DNA of 64,000 bases, taken from positions 60,761 through 124,760 of the forward strand of contig JAGPNE010000001.1 in assembly GCA_018052455.1 (NCBI GenBank), given 5' to 3'. The stretch is from Candidatus Fermentithermobacillaceae bacterium. GTDB lineage: Bacteria > Bacillota > Sulfobacillia > Fermentithermobacillales > Fermentithermobacillaceae. Shown here piece by piece: positions 28,435 through 38,086 of this stretch; position 1 is the first letter of the stretch, and each line of letters starts with the position of its first letter. The notes under the pieces are model-generated. The model saw only the letters and a list, made by a program, of their open reading frames with translations. It had not been told where the DNA came from and ran no database searches. Made by a program: the position numbers and the translations under genes.

Positions 28435-29427
28435 ATGAGCGGTGGAGAAATGTTTCTGCCTTTTTTATCGGGTCTTTTACTGTCTCTGGTTTTCGGAAAC
28501 TTCCTTATACCGAAACTTGAACAACTTAATGTTGGACAACAGATAAGGGCAGAAGGTCCGGAATCACATAAGAAAAAAGCAGGAACGCCCACCATGGGCG
28601 GTAGCATATTCATTGCAGCAATCGTTGTCTCGAGAGTCGTTGCGTGTTTGTACAAAAAAGAAGTACCTTCCAGGGAAGAGCTACTTATACTTGGCCTCAT
28701 GCTATCTTACGGTCTTATAGGTTTCATAGATGACTACAAGAAGGTCAAATTGGGACGTTCCCTGGGGTTGAGGGCTAGAGAGAAGTTGGCCCTGCAGCTT
28801 CTTTTTGCAGTCTTGTTTCTGTGGGGGGTACCTGAGATTAGTTACCAGGTCGTCCTTCCTTTCACCGGAAATACTTGGGATATGGGATGGTTATACCCGG
28901 TTTTTGCTCTAGTTCTCATCCTAGGAACGGGAAACGGAATGAATTTCACCGATGGACTCGATGGCCTGGCGGCAGGAGTGGCTTCCATCGGACTTTTGTC
29001 ATATTTTGTAATTATCAATTTCGTTCTTTCTCCTTCATCAGAGCATACAATGGGTAGTCTGAGTGCTTTGGCTCTGTGCTCAGTCGGCGCGCTGTTAGGG
29101 TTTTTCTACTATAACCATCACCCTGCCAAAGTGTTTATGGGAGACTTAGGTTCCTTGGCCCTTGGGGGTCTTTTGGCAGGCTTTTCTATCTGTACCCGAA
29201 CTGAAATGGCGTTTCCTTTCATAGTGGCGGTGCAGTTTATTGAAGTGGTTTCTGTGATCTTACAGGTGGCGTCGTTTCAGTTATTTGGCAAGCGGATTTT
29301 CAAGATGACTCCTATTCATCATCACTTTGAACTCCTAGGTTGGAGCGAGCGGAAAGTAGTATACGTGTTTTGGTGCTTTTCGTTTGTCATGGCAGTTATA
29401 GGGGTAATATCCTTACTCGGTGTGTGA
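28435..29427 (+). CDS. mraY: phospho-N-acetylmuramoyl-pentapeptide-transferase
   Basis: Polytopic membrane protein. PTMGG motif, DGLDGLA motif, C-terminal HHHFEL. Confidence 0.92.
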   Translation: MSGGEMFLPFLSGLLLSLVFGNFLIPKLEQLNVGQQIRAEGPESHKKKAGTPTMGGSIFIAAIVVSRVVACLYKKEVPSREELLILGLMLSYGLIGFIDDYKKVKLGRSLGLRAREKLALQLLFAVLFLWGVPEISYQVVLPFTGNTWDMGWLYPVFALVLILGTGNGMNFTDGLDGLAAGVASIGLLSYFVIINFVLSPSSEHTMGSLSALALCSVGALLGFFYYNHHPAKVFMGDLGSLALGGLLAGFSICTRTEMAFPFIVAVQFIEVVSVILQVASFQLFGKRIFKMTPIHHHFELLGWSERKVVYVFWCFSFVMAVIGVISLLGV

Positions 29428-29450
29428 AGCAAAGGTGGCTCTCTAGGGAC

Positions 29451-30575
29451 ATGAAGAAAGATGAAAACGCCAACACAATGCAAAGAGGTAATCCTGACTA
29501 CACCTTATTTTTTTCGGTGCTCACTCTCTTGGCTTTGGGCATTGTGATGGTTTTTTCTGCAAGCATGCCAAGGGCCCTGCGGTTTTACGACACTGCCTAC
29601 TACTTCGTTGAAAGACAAGGCATGTGGGCGGCCTTGGGATTGTTCTCAATGTTTTTCTTCATGAACTTTGACTGTTGGCGCTATCGTAGACTCATTCCGC
29701 TGGCATATGGGATCTCTTTGGTGCTTCTGGTCATTGTCTTGGTGCCTGGTATAGGTCAAGTGAGAGAAGGTTCTAGGCGCTGGCTAGGTTTTGGACCTCT
29801 AGGATTTCAACCGGCTGAACTAACCAAAACAATTACCGTACTTTTTCTTGCAGACCGACTTGGTCGGAAAAGAAAGGGTACACGCTTTTTCAGAGATTTC
29901 ATGCCTTACCTTTTGCTTGTTGGGATCACTGCGGGGCTAATTCTGATGGAACCTGACCTAGGGACTGCAACCATCGTCGGTCTTAATGCTGTTCTCATGC
30001 TGTTTATTGCGGGAGCCAATATCTGGTTCTTGCTTGGATTGGCTGCATTAGCCACACCAGTTGCTTACCGGTTCATAATGTCTGAAGAGTATATGAGAAA
30101 ACGTCTGTTAGCATTTCTAGATCCGTGGAAAGACCCGCTGGGACCTGGTTGGCAAGTAATTCAGTCATTGTATGCTTTTGGCAGCGGAGGATTCTTTGGA
30201 CAAGGCATAGGGCTGTCGCGGCAGAAGGGTTTTTATCTTCCCCAGGCTGACACTGATTTTGTGTTCTCCGTTATTGGAGAAGAACTGGGGTTTTTCGGGA
30301 CATCCCTTGTCGTGGCCCTGTTTCTGGTCGTAGCATGGAGGGGATATGTCATTGCAATGAACGCGCCCGATAGGTTTTCGTGTCTCTTGGCAGCCGGACT
30401 TACTTCAGGAGTTGTCATTCAGGCCGCAGTAAACATGGGCGTCGCAACGGGTATTCTGCCTATAACAGGTATAACTTTGCCATTCATAAGCTACGGCGGT
30501 TCATCGCTACTTATGTCACTGAGCAGTGCAGGTATACTTTTGAACATTTCTAGATATACGGTTGATAGGAGTTGA
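29451..30575 (+). CDS. ftsW: SEDS-family peptidoglycan polymerase FtsW/SpoVE
   Basis: 10-TM SEDS protein. Conserved blocks (PAELTKTITVLFLA, SDFVFSVIGEELGF, LPITGITLPFISYGGSS). ATG at 29451 chosen because the 29340 ORF extension overlaps mraY. Confidence 0.85.
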   Translation: MKKDENANTMQRGNPDYTLFFSVLTLLALGIVMVFSASMPRALRFYDTAYYFVERQGMWAALGLFSMFFFMNFDCWRYRRLIPLAYGISLVLLVIVLVPGIGQVREGSRRWLGFGPLGFQPAELTKTITVLFLADRLGRKRKGTRFFRDFMPYLLLVGITAGLILMEPDLGTATIVGLNAVLMLFIAGANIWFLLGLAALATPVAYRFIMSEEYMRKRLLAFLDPWKDPLGPGWQVIQSLYAFGSGGFFGQGIGLSRQKGFYLPQADTDFVFSVIGEELGFFGTSLVVALFLVVAWRGYVIAMNAPDRFSCLLAAGLTSGVVIQAAVNMGVATGILPITGITLPFISYGGSSLLMSLSSAGILLNISRYTVDRS

Positions 30576-31731
30576 CGGCATGACGAGATGCATAGTGACC
30601 GGAGGAGGCACAGGCGGCCATATCTACCCGGCGGTGGCCATCGCAAAGGGCGTCAAAAAGATCATGCCTTCTTCGGAGATTCTGTACATAGGCACAGAAT
30701 CTGGCATGGAGAGTTCACTAGTGCCTAGAGAAGGCCTAGATTTCAAGCCTATTCGATCCTCAGGCATCGCAGGCAAGTCACCTGCAGTTGCTCTAAAAGG
30801 GGCGTGGAACGCACTGTTGGGTGTAAATGACGCAAGACGCATTTTCCAGATATTTAGGCCGGACGTGGTCCTAGGTACCGGTGGATATGTGTCAGGGCCG
30901 GTCGTCTTAGCAGCGTGGCTCATGGGGATCCCGTGTGCTATCCAAGAGCAGAACGCGATTCCAGGGAAGACTAACCTGTATTTGTCCAGAAAAGTAGATA
31001 TCACTTTTGCAGCTTGGGAGTATTCGCTTGAGCACTTTCCGAAGGGGGCCAACGTAAAAGTAGCTGGGAACCCAGTGAGAGATACGTTGTTCTCGGTTTC
31101 GGCTAAGGAAGCCAGGGAGTTCTTTGGCCTAGATGAGCGGTTTACCCTTATGGTTCTAGGAGGATCAAGAGGCGCCGAGAGCATCATAGAGGCTGCTGTA
31201 ACCATTGCTAGAGAGATGGACGACAGTACCCAGATGCTGTTGATAACTGGTTCACGATATTACAATGAGACAATTCGCAAGCTAGGTGCCGCCCCAGAGA
31301 AGGATGTAGAAGGGGCAAGAACGTCTAGCGTTGTTATTAGACCATTTGTTTATAATATGGAGATGGCATACAATTCGTGCGACCTTGTTTTGGCCAGGGC
31401 CGGAGGCATGACTCTGGCGGAGATTACGGCGCTAGGTCTGCCTTCAATTGTCGTACCGTCACCGAATGTCTCCGGGAACCACCAAGAATACAACGCAAGA
31501 GCTCTAGAGACTGAAGGAGCAGCGGTAGTCATCCGAGAAGGACCAGATTGTATTGAGCAGATCAAGGATTCTTTTTTGGGGTTGGCAAAAGACAAACATG
31601 CGGTTGATGCTATGAGAAGGTCTTCTAAGAAGATAGGGAGACCGAAGGCCGCAGAGGAAATCGCGCAGTACTTGGTGGAGATGTCTGAAAGAAGCCGCTT
31701 GCGGCGCGGCCACGATCCCGAAAAGGCGTAG
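30562..31731 (+). CDS. murG: undecaprenyldiphospho-muramoylpentapeptide beta-N-acetylglucosaminyltransferase
   Basis: GGGTGGHIYPA N-terminal motif. GT-B C-terminal domain. 389 aa. Confidence 0.9.
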   Translation: MIGVDGMTRCIVTGGGTGGHIYPAVAIAKGVKKIMPSSEILYIGTESGMESSLVPREGLDFKPIRSSGIAGKSPAVALKGAWNALLGVNDARRIFQIFRPDVVLGTGGYVSGPVVLAAWLMGIPCAIQEQNAIPGKTNLYLSRKVDITFAAWEYSLEHFPKGANVKVAGNPVRDTLFSVSAKEAREFFGLDERFTLMVLGGSRGAESIIEAAVTIAREMDDSTQMLLITGSRYYNETIRKLGAAPEKDVEGARTSSVVIRPFVYNMEMAYNSCDLVLARAGGMTLAEITALGLPSIVVPSPNVSGNHQEYNARALETEGAAVVIREGPDCIEQIKDSFLGLAKDKHAVDAMRRSSKKIGRPKAAEEIAQYLVEMSERSRLRRGHDPEKA

Positions 31732-31767
31732 TATTATGGAAGAACGTACCCCAACAAAAGAAGGTGA

Positions 31768-33126
31768 ATGATGAATAAGGTTCATTTTGTTGCAATAGGA
31801 GGGCAGGGCATGTCGGGCATAGCCCGGATCCTCATTGAACAAGGCATTGAGGTGTCAGGATCTGATATCAAGCCAAGTAGCACAACTGCTCGCCTTACCG
31901 AACTTGGCGCACGGGTTTTCATTGGTCACAGACGTGAGAACGTTCTGGATCCCGATGTTGTCGTGGTGTCTTCTGCCATATCTGAGGATAATCCAGAAGT
32001 CATAGAGGCAAGGGAAAGAGGGATACCTGTTATCCATCGGATGGATATGTTGCTTTGTGCGCTAAAGGGAAAGAAACTTGTGACGGTTGCAGGTACCCAT
32101 GGAAAAACGACTACATCCTCAATGATCGCCTGGGTAATGGAAGAAGCTGGTATGGATCCTACGTACCTGGTTGGTGGCCAAATGGGGGAAAGAGGCAACG
32201 CAAGACTAGGAAATGGTGCGTACGCGGTTGTAGAGACCGATGAGAGCGACGGCTCTTTCCTTAAGGCAGAAGGAGACATAAGTGTAGTAACAAATGTAGA
32301 CAGAGACCACCTAGACTATTGGGGTTCCTTCGGATCTCTGAAAAACGCTTTTAACTCGTACTTAGATCACAAAGCAGATGGCGGCAAGAATATCGTCTGC
32401 ACTGACAACGACTTCCTAAGGGAGTGGGCTTCTGCGCATCCAGACGCGGTTTCATATGCTGTTTCAAACGATGCGGTGTGGCGGATCAGGGAAGCATCTG
32501 TTCAAGGCTGGGGGAGTACATGCCTGGTTGAACGAGAGGGCAAAGTTGTCTCTACTATGCGACTTGAAGTTCCTGGGATATACAACGTTCAGAATGCCCT
32601 CGGAGCAATTGCGGCCCTAGACAGTGTGGGAATCGATGTGAAAGAAGCTTGTAGCTATTTGCAGTCCTTTCCTGGCGTAAAGCGTCGGCTTGAACGGATA
32701 GGTGAGTTCGGCGGTGTGTTGGTTGTTGACGATTTTGCTCACCATCCAAGAGAGATCGAAGCCGCGTTGGATGCGGTAAAGGAAGCCTTACCACAGTCTA
32801 AGGTAATCGTTATTTTCCAGCCTCATCGCTATTCACGCACAAGGATCTTGCGCAATGAGTTTGGGCCTGCATTCAAAAAAGCAGATGCTTTGATAATCAC
32901 TGAGATATATGTCGGACCCGGAGAGAAACAGGACCCGGAGACTAAAGCGCAAGCCATAAGCGAAGCCGTACAGTTTTCTGGAAATGAGTGTGTTTTTCAA
33001 ATAGACGATATGGCAGAAGCTGCTCGTACTGCGGTGAGCCTTGCCTGCGAAGGTGACGTAATAATCACTATGGGTGCGGGTGATGTATGGAAAGCCCACG
33101 ATATACTGCGGGCTCTATTGCGTTAG
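31768..33126 (+). CDS. murC: UDP-N-acetylmuramate--L-alanine ligase
   Basis: HFVAIGGQGMSGIA N-terminus, P-loop GTHGKTTTSS. 452 aa. Confidence 0.9.
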   Translation: MMNKVHFVAIGGQGMSGIARILIEQGIEVSGSDIKPSSTTARLTELGARVFIGHRRENVLDPDVVVVSSAISEDNPEVIEARERGIPVIHRMDMLLCALKGKKLVTVAGTHGKTTTSSMIAWVMEEAGMDPTYLVGGQMGERGNARLGNGAYAVVETDESDGSFLKAEGDISVVTNVDRDHLDYWGSFGSLKNAFNSYLDHKADGGKNIVCTDNDFLREWASAHPDAVSYAVSNDAVWRIREASVQGWGSTCLVEREGKVVSTMRLEVPGIYNVQNALGAIAALDSVGIDVKEACSYLQSFPGVKRRLERIGEFGGVLVVDDFAHHPREIEAALDAVKEALPQSKVIVIFQPHRYSRTRILRNEFGPAFKKADALIITEIYVGPGEKQDPETKAQAISEAVQFSGNECVFQIDDMAEAARTAVSLACEGDVIITMGAGDVWKAHDILRALLR

Positions 33127-33174
33127 TTTTCAAAACTGCTGAATTACGCTGGGAAAGGGAATGGTTGGGGAAGA

Positions 33175-33927
33175 TTGGTTGGGACTAGGCGCACACCGGA
33201 TAGATCAGATGATGAAGAACTTACATACAGAGGACCAGAAATACCATGGGTTTTTGTATGGGTCTTTTTTATACTCATTGGAGTCTTCTTGTTTCTTTGG
33301 TGGTCGCCCATGTTTTCTGTGAAAAACTATGCTGTAACGGGTACATCCAGAGTCACACATGACGAGGTCGTAGCGAGAAGTGTTCAGTGGTCGGATAATA
33401 TCTTTAGTCTAGATCTGACGAAGATCGAAAAGTCCCTTGAGGCTTGCCCATGGATCGAAAAAGCGAGCTGTACTAAGAAACTACCTGACACTCTGCAAAT
33501 ACATATAGTTGAACGTGTGCCCGTCGCGTTTGCGCCCATAGATGGCGTGGTGTGGTTGGTAGATAAGGATGGGCGCATACTTCAAGAAGACGATGGAGTA
33601 TCTGAAGGACTGATTGCTCTTACCGGAATCCAAGGGCCGGTTACTCCGGGCCAATTCCTGAAGTCTGGCGAATGTGGTTGGGCCTTGAAAGTGATTTTGG
33701 GGGTTGGGTCTGTAACAAGAAGCAAAATGATCGAAGTTAACGTCCAAAGTGAAGAGTGTACAATTATACTTGATGATGGGTGCAGAGTTTTCATGGGCGA
33801 GGAAAGACCTGATTTTGAAACCGTGCTCGCGGTACTAGAGTCCATACTGTGTGAACTAGAATCAGAAGAGAAAATTGCAGAGTACATTGATTTGCGTTTT
33901 GACAAACAGGCAGTTAAACTGAGGTAG
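33175..33927 (+). CDS. cell division protein FtsQ/DivIB (POTRA domain)
   Basis: Cytoplasmic tail, single TM helix, POTRA-like block (NYAVTGTSRVTHDEVV). Position between murC and ftsZ. Confidence 0.72.
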   Translation: MVGTRRTPDRSDDEELTYRGPEIPWVFVWVFFILIGVFLFLWWSPMFSVKNYAVTGTSRVTHDEVVARSVQWSDNIFSLDLTKIEKSLEACPWIEKASCTKKLPDTLQIHIVERVPVAFAPIDGVVWLVDKDGRILQEDDGVSEGLIALTGIQGPVTPGQFLKSGECGWALKVILGVGSVTRSKMIEVNVQSEECTIILDDGCRVFMGEERPDFETVLAVLESILCELESEEKIAEYIDLRFDKQAVKLR

Positions 33928-33934
33928 CGGGAAG

Positions 33935-34657
33935 GTGGTGAGAACGGTGACCAAGCGTGGTTCCCAGGCGGCATTGACCATCATTTTCTTATTATTCGGC
34001 TTTATGCTTGCCACCCAATTCAGGGTGCGCCCATCTATTGATGCTAATGTATATCATCAGCGTTCGGAAGAGCTTTCATTGTTACTGAAGATTACCGAAG
34101 AGGAAAGAGACAGACTAAAAGAGGAAGTGCAGGTCTTGCGTGATCGGGTAGCGGAGGTTATGGCGGGACAGGCGGACGTAAAAGCACTGCAAGAAGAACT
34201 CATAAAGGCACGGGTTTTAGCCGGGCTTGTTGAGGTCAAAGGCCCGGGGGTAACGGTTGAGATGAATGATGCCCAGAAGCCGGTGGGTTCAGGACAGGAT
34301 CCCAACCTATTCATTATTCACGACGACGATATTTTGGCCGTGGTTAATGAGCTGTTTGCTGCTGGTGCTGAGGCCATGAGTATCAATGAGCAGCGTGTAG
34401 TGGCAACTACCGAGATCCGTTGTGTAGGGCCTGTCATTATGGTTAACGGTAATAGGGTCGCGCCGCCTATCAAGATACAGGCTATTGGAGATTCGAGTGT
34501 ATTAGAATCTGCCTTGAAGATGCGCGGAGGCGTGGTAGATAACTTAGGGCTATGGGGTATCGAAGTGAAGATTAAGGTAGAAGAAGAAGTTGTTTTGCCG
34601 GCCTACAGTGGGTCGGTGAACTTCAAATTCGCGACGCCGGTCAAAAAAGAGGGGTAA
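33935..34657 (+). CDS. DUF881-family division-associated membrane protein (YlxW/YlxX-like)
   Basis: N-terminal TM helix and coiled coil. Conserved GPGVTVEM...IHDDDIL block. Position between divIB and sbp, as in Bacillus. Confidence 0.7.
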   Translation: MVRTVTKRGSQAALTIIFLLFGFMLATQFRVRPSIDANVYHQRSEELSLLLKITEEERDRLKEEVQVLRDRVAEVMAGQADVKALQEELIKARVLAGLVEVKGPGVTVEMNDAQKPVGSGQDPNLFIIHDDDILAVVNELFAAGAEAMSINEQRVVATTEIRCVGPVIMVNGNRVAPPIKIQAIGDSSVLESALKMRGGVVDNLGLWGIEVKIKVEEEVVLPAYSGSVNFKFATPVKKEG

Positions 34658-34662
34658 GTCTA

Positions 34663-35061
34663 ATGTTGTACTTTGTGATCGCTCTAGTCATAGGTATCTT
34701 GGTCGGTCTCAAAATTCCATGGCAAATCCCGCCCATACTTGCCCGATACCTTGCAGTCAGTCTTTTAGCAGGCGTGGATACCTCTCTTGGAGGTCTAAGA
34801 GCTAGTTTCGAAGGCGATTTTGATACCATGATTTTTGTTACAGGGTTCTTAGGAAATACCATTCTGTCTGCGGTTTTTGTGTATATAGGCGACGTCTTAG
34901 GTATAGAACTCTATTTGGCCGCCGTTGTAGCCCTTGGTATCAGGATATTCAATAATGTTGGAATGATAAGGCGGCTAATGCTGAAGAACCTTACTGAAAA
35001 GAAGGTCCAAGAGCAGGTCGATGACACAATTGAGATTCTTGAAAAAGATGAAGGTAAATAA
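34663..35061 (+). CDS. small basic protein Sbp (DUF1290)
   Basis: About 130 aa, two TM helices (LAGVDTSLGGLRA block). Conserved position immediately upstream of ftsZ. Confidence 0.65.
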   Translation: MLYFVIALVIGILVGLKIPWQIPPILARYLAVSLLAGVDTSLGGLRASFEGDFDTMIFVTGFLGNTILSAVFVYIGDVLGIELYLAAVVALGIRIFNNVGMIRRLMLKNLTEKKVQEQVDDTIEILEKDEGK

Positions 35062-35105
35062 ACGGTCGTCGTTGAAAACAGTTTCTGAGGTGAAGAGGGG
35101 AGTGG

Positions 35106-36170
35106 GTGATGATGATTGAAGAACAACCCAGATATGCAAATCTAAAGGTGGTAGGGGTTGGCGGTGGCGGCACAAATGCGGTTAACAGAATGATCGATAC
35201 AGGGATTAAAGGAGTGGACTTTATCTGCATCAACACTGACGCCCAGGCACTCAATTTATCCAGGGCCCCGATAAAACTCCAGATTGGCGAGAATATAACC
35301 AGAGGTTTGGGCGCGGGCGCAAACCCTGAAGTAGGCGAGAAGGCCGCCGAAGAGTCGAAAGATGACATCATGGAATATCTCAAAGGAGCAGATATGATCT
35401 TTATCACCGCAGGTATGGGTGGTGGAACGGGTACAGGAGGAGCCCCTGTAATTGCCCAGATCGCGCGTGAAGTTGGAGCTTTGACCGTAGGTGTGGTTAC
35501 CAAGCCCTTTTCTTTCGAGGGTAGGCGCAGGATGAATGTGGCCCTCCAAGGGATCGAAAGGCTAAAGGATAGCGTTGATACGCTGATAGTTATACCTAAT
35601 GATCGACTCTTACAGGTAGTTCCTAGGGATGCATCAATTCTAGACGCTTTCAAAGTAGCGGATGATGTGTTGCGCCACGGCGTACAAGGGATCTCCGACC
35701 TAGTCTGTGTTCCAGGCCTAATAAACCTAGACTTTGCAGACGTCCGGACTGTGATGATGGATACGGGTTCAGCCCTTATGGGCATTGGAGTGGCACAGGG
35801 CGAAAACAGAGCAAAAGAGGCTGCCATGCAGGCGATTGCAAGCCCTCTCCTCGAGACCAGTATAGACGGCGCCAAGGGAGTGCTCATGAACGTTACCGGC
35901 GGACCCGATCTTGGACTTTTCGAAGTAACGGAGGCCGCGGATATCATCAGCCAGGCTGCAGATCCAGATGCAAACATAATTTTCGGTGCTGTGATAAATG
36001 ACAATTTTGAGAACACGGTCCAGATTACTGTTATTGCTACTGGTTTTGATAGCACGATGCCGCGGAGAGTCTTCAGGACAGAGGATGATACCATAAAGAT
36101 TGATGCAAAAGACTTGCTTGAAGTACCCACGTTTTTGAGGAAAGCAAAGTCATCCGAAAAACCGAGGTAA
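35106..36170 (+). CDS. ftsZ: cell division GTPase FtsZ
   Basis: [13 protein letters not shown] tubulin signature, T7 loop NLDFADV. C-terminal conserved peptide (DIPTFLR-like: EVPTFLRK). Confidence 0.96.
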   Translation: MMMIEEQPRYANLKVVGVGGGGTNAVNRMIDTGIKGVDFICINTDAQALNLSRAPIKLQIGENITRGLGAGANPEVGEKAAEESKDDIMEYLKGADMIFITAGMGGGTGTGGAPVIAQIAREVGALTVGVVTKPFSFEGRRRMNVALQGIERLKDSVDTLIVIPNDRLLQVVPRDASILDAFKVADDVLRHGVQGISDLVCVPGLINLDFADVRTVMMDTGSALMGIGVAQGENRAKEAAMQAIASPLLETSIDGAKGVLMNVTGGPDLGLFEVTEAADIISQAADPDANIIFGAVINDNFENTVQITVIATGFDSTMPRRVFRTEDDTIKIDAKDLLEVPTFLRKAKSSEKPR

Positions 36171-36353
36171 TCTTGGAACATTGTTCCTAATTGGTATAGC
36201 GTGCCTGTCTTTTGGCGGGCTGATGTTTGTTGAGATCACATTTGTGGGTGATGCTACATAGCGTCTACTAATTGTACTTTGGCTTCTGCGTTTCTACGCC
36301 AATGCAGGTTATTCCTTGACTTCACACCTGTTGTGCAATACTCTTTCAATGAT

Positions 36354-37322
36354 ATGGCTAAGACAAAGAAGAAGAAGATCGACAAGAAGAAAAGGTTAAA
36401 GAAAAAGATGCAAACCGCAGGAGTAGTAATGGCTATTCTTCTGGTTGGCCTAGTTTTGTTGTGGCCGTATCTTCGGTCTGGATTTCTTACTCTGTTTGTA
36501 CCCATAGGAAGAGGCACTCCGGGAGTCCTCGAAGATAAGATCTCGGGGAACGCAGTTTTTGTTGGAGGTCAGGAGATTTTGATTGCTCCTTCATCAGGCG
36601 CGATTGAGTTCAGACATAAAAAGGGCGACTCCGTGAAAACAGGCAGCACAATATGCGTGATAAGGCCTATTTCAGATGGTGACGCGGTAGAAGTTAAAAC
36701 CCCTGTGTCAGGAGTTTTCTTTAATGAAATGGTTATTGAAGATATGCTCTTGTCTTCCTTGGATCTATCTGAAAAGGATGCTTCCGAGATTTCTGTACTT
36801 GCAACTCAACTTTCAGCTCCCCAACCTGTTGTCGTTGAAGATGGGCAAGTTGTGTCAGAGGGAGAGATGATAGCCCGTGTAGTTTCAGGGGACAAAATCC
36901 ATTTTTATCTTGTTATGAAGACCGAGAAGAGGCCGGATCTGGCTATTGGTGACAAAGTCAGAGCAGAGGTTGGTGAAAACGTGTTTTCTGATTGTACAAT
37001 AGTCGATGTGGTTGATGGTAAGCCTCCGGGGTACTCGGTTATTTCTGGCGAGATAAGTGAGGTCCCACCGGAAAAATATGTAAGAACCGCTTACGCATCG
37101 CTTATTACTAGAAGGCAAGAAGGCATTGTGGTACCTTCTGAGAGTTTGGTTGAAAAAGATGGGCAGACCGGGGTTCTAACTGTGCAGAAAACATATGCCC
37201 GTTTTCGCCCGGTAGAAGTTCTAATGGTAAGAGGTGACCAGGCCGTCATAAAAGGAATTGACGAGACCAGTGAGATTGTACTCAAAGGAAAGCCGTTCCT
37301 GGACGGAAGGAGAGTCAGATGA
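36354..37322 (+). CDS. membrane-anchored HlyD/membrane-fusion-protein-like adaptor, orphan. No cognate transporter gene is adjacent.
   Basis: Lys-rich N-terminal tail then a TM helix. Biotinyl/lipoyl-like hairpin block (GDSVKTGSTICVIRP...VKTPVSGVFF). C-terminal MFP-like barrel (GIVVPSESLVEKDGQTGVLTV...GDQAVIKGIDETSEIVLKG). Start is the ATG at 36354 within ORF 36279. Confidence 0.5.
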   Translation: MAKTKKKKIDKKKRLKKKMQTAGVVMAILLVGLVLLWPYLRSGFLTLFVPIGRGTPGVLEDKISGNAVFVGGQEILIAPSSGAIEFRHKKGDSVKTGSTICVIRPISDGDAVEVKTPVSGVFFNEMVIEDMLLSSLDLSEKDASEISVLATQLSAPQPVVVEDGQVVSEGEMIARVVSGDKIHFYLVMKTEKRPDLAIGDKVRAEVGENVFSDCTIVDVVDGKPPGYSVISGEISEVPPEKYVRTAYASLITRRQEGIVVPSESLVEKDGQTGVLTVQKTYARFRPVEVLMVRGDQAVIKGIDETSEIVLKGKPFLDGRRVR

Positions 37323-38014
37323 TAAAGGACAATTTGGATATCATTTCACGAAACGTTGAAAATGCATGCAAAAGAGCGAACCGGGATCCACGCTCCGTAA
37401 GGGTCATGGCAGTATCTAAGGGTTTCCCTAAGGAAGCTATCCTTGAAGCTCGGTCATCTGGCATTTCATATTTCGGTGAAAATAGAGTGCAGGATGCTCG
37501 CGAGAAGAAGGATTCGGGAGCCTTCAGCGGTGTTCAATTGGCGCTTATTGGTCATCTTCAGACCAATAAAGTTTCAATGGCTGTTAGAGTTTTCGATGAA
37601 GTCCAATCTGTAGACACAACTAAGGTTGCCCAAGCTCTGTCGAAATTCAGCTGTAAGTATCGAGACGCAGATCTTCCTGTCTATGTACAAGTAAATAGCG
37701 GATTAGATCCGAACAAGTATGGATGTATGCCAGAGGAAGCTCTTGACGTAGCGTCAACAATCATGGAGTTGCCCTACTTGCGGCTTATTGGTCTTATGAC
37801 GGTTGCCCCTTTTTCAGACGATCCACAGGCCGTGCGGAAAGCTTTTAGAGACCTAAGGGTGCTAAGGGACTCTCTTTCGGAACGTGGTATTCCTGAAACC
37901 TGTCTCAGGGAATTATCCATGGGAATGTCTTCAGATTATGAGATAGCTATTGAAGAAGGGTCGACGGTCATAAGGTTAGGGACGGCGTTATTTGGGCCCC
38001 GGACTTACAAGTAG
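37319..38014 (+). CDS. YggS-family pyridoxal-phosphate homeostasis protein (YlmE)
   Basis: PLP-binding lysine block RVMAVSKGF. About 230 aa. C-terminal SMGMSSDYEIAIEEGSTVIRLGTALFG. Confidence 0.85.
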   Translation: MIKDNLDIISRNVENACKRANRDPRSVRVMAVSKGFPKEAILEARSSGISYFGENRVQDAREKKDSGAFSGVQLALIGHLQTNKVSMAVRVFDEVQSVDTTKVAQALSKFSCKYRDADLPVYVQVNSGLDPNKYGCMPEEALDVASTIMELPYLRLIGLMTVAPFSDDPQAVRKAFRDLRVLRDSLSERGIPETCLRELSMGMSSDYEIAIEEGSTVIRLGTALFGPRTYK

Positions 38015-38086
38015 CAGGATCTTTGCCTTTATCCGTGGAAACTACATAACTGAAACATTGAAATCAGCTGTATTGGAGGGGGTTTC

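Noticed and set aside
29340-29450. N-terminal extension of ftsW (ORF starting at 29340)
   Set aside because: It overlaps the last 88 nt of mraY and encodes non-conserved sequence. ATG 29451 with an upstream AAAGGTGG gives a typical SEDS N-terminus.
34991-36181. 396-aa minus-strand ORF spanning the whole of ftsZ
   Set aside because: It is entirely antisense to ftsZ, which carries unmistakable tubulin/FtsZ signatures. Its product is low-complexity (Ser/Pro/Ala-rich) with no recognisable domain. Long antisense ORFs of this kind arise from codon bias opposite highly expressed genes.
36175-36187. GGAACATTGTTCC read as a LexA (GAAC-N4-GTTC) site after ftsZ
   Set aside because: The spacing is N3, not N4, and it lies at a gene 3' end. 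More likely a weak stem-loop.
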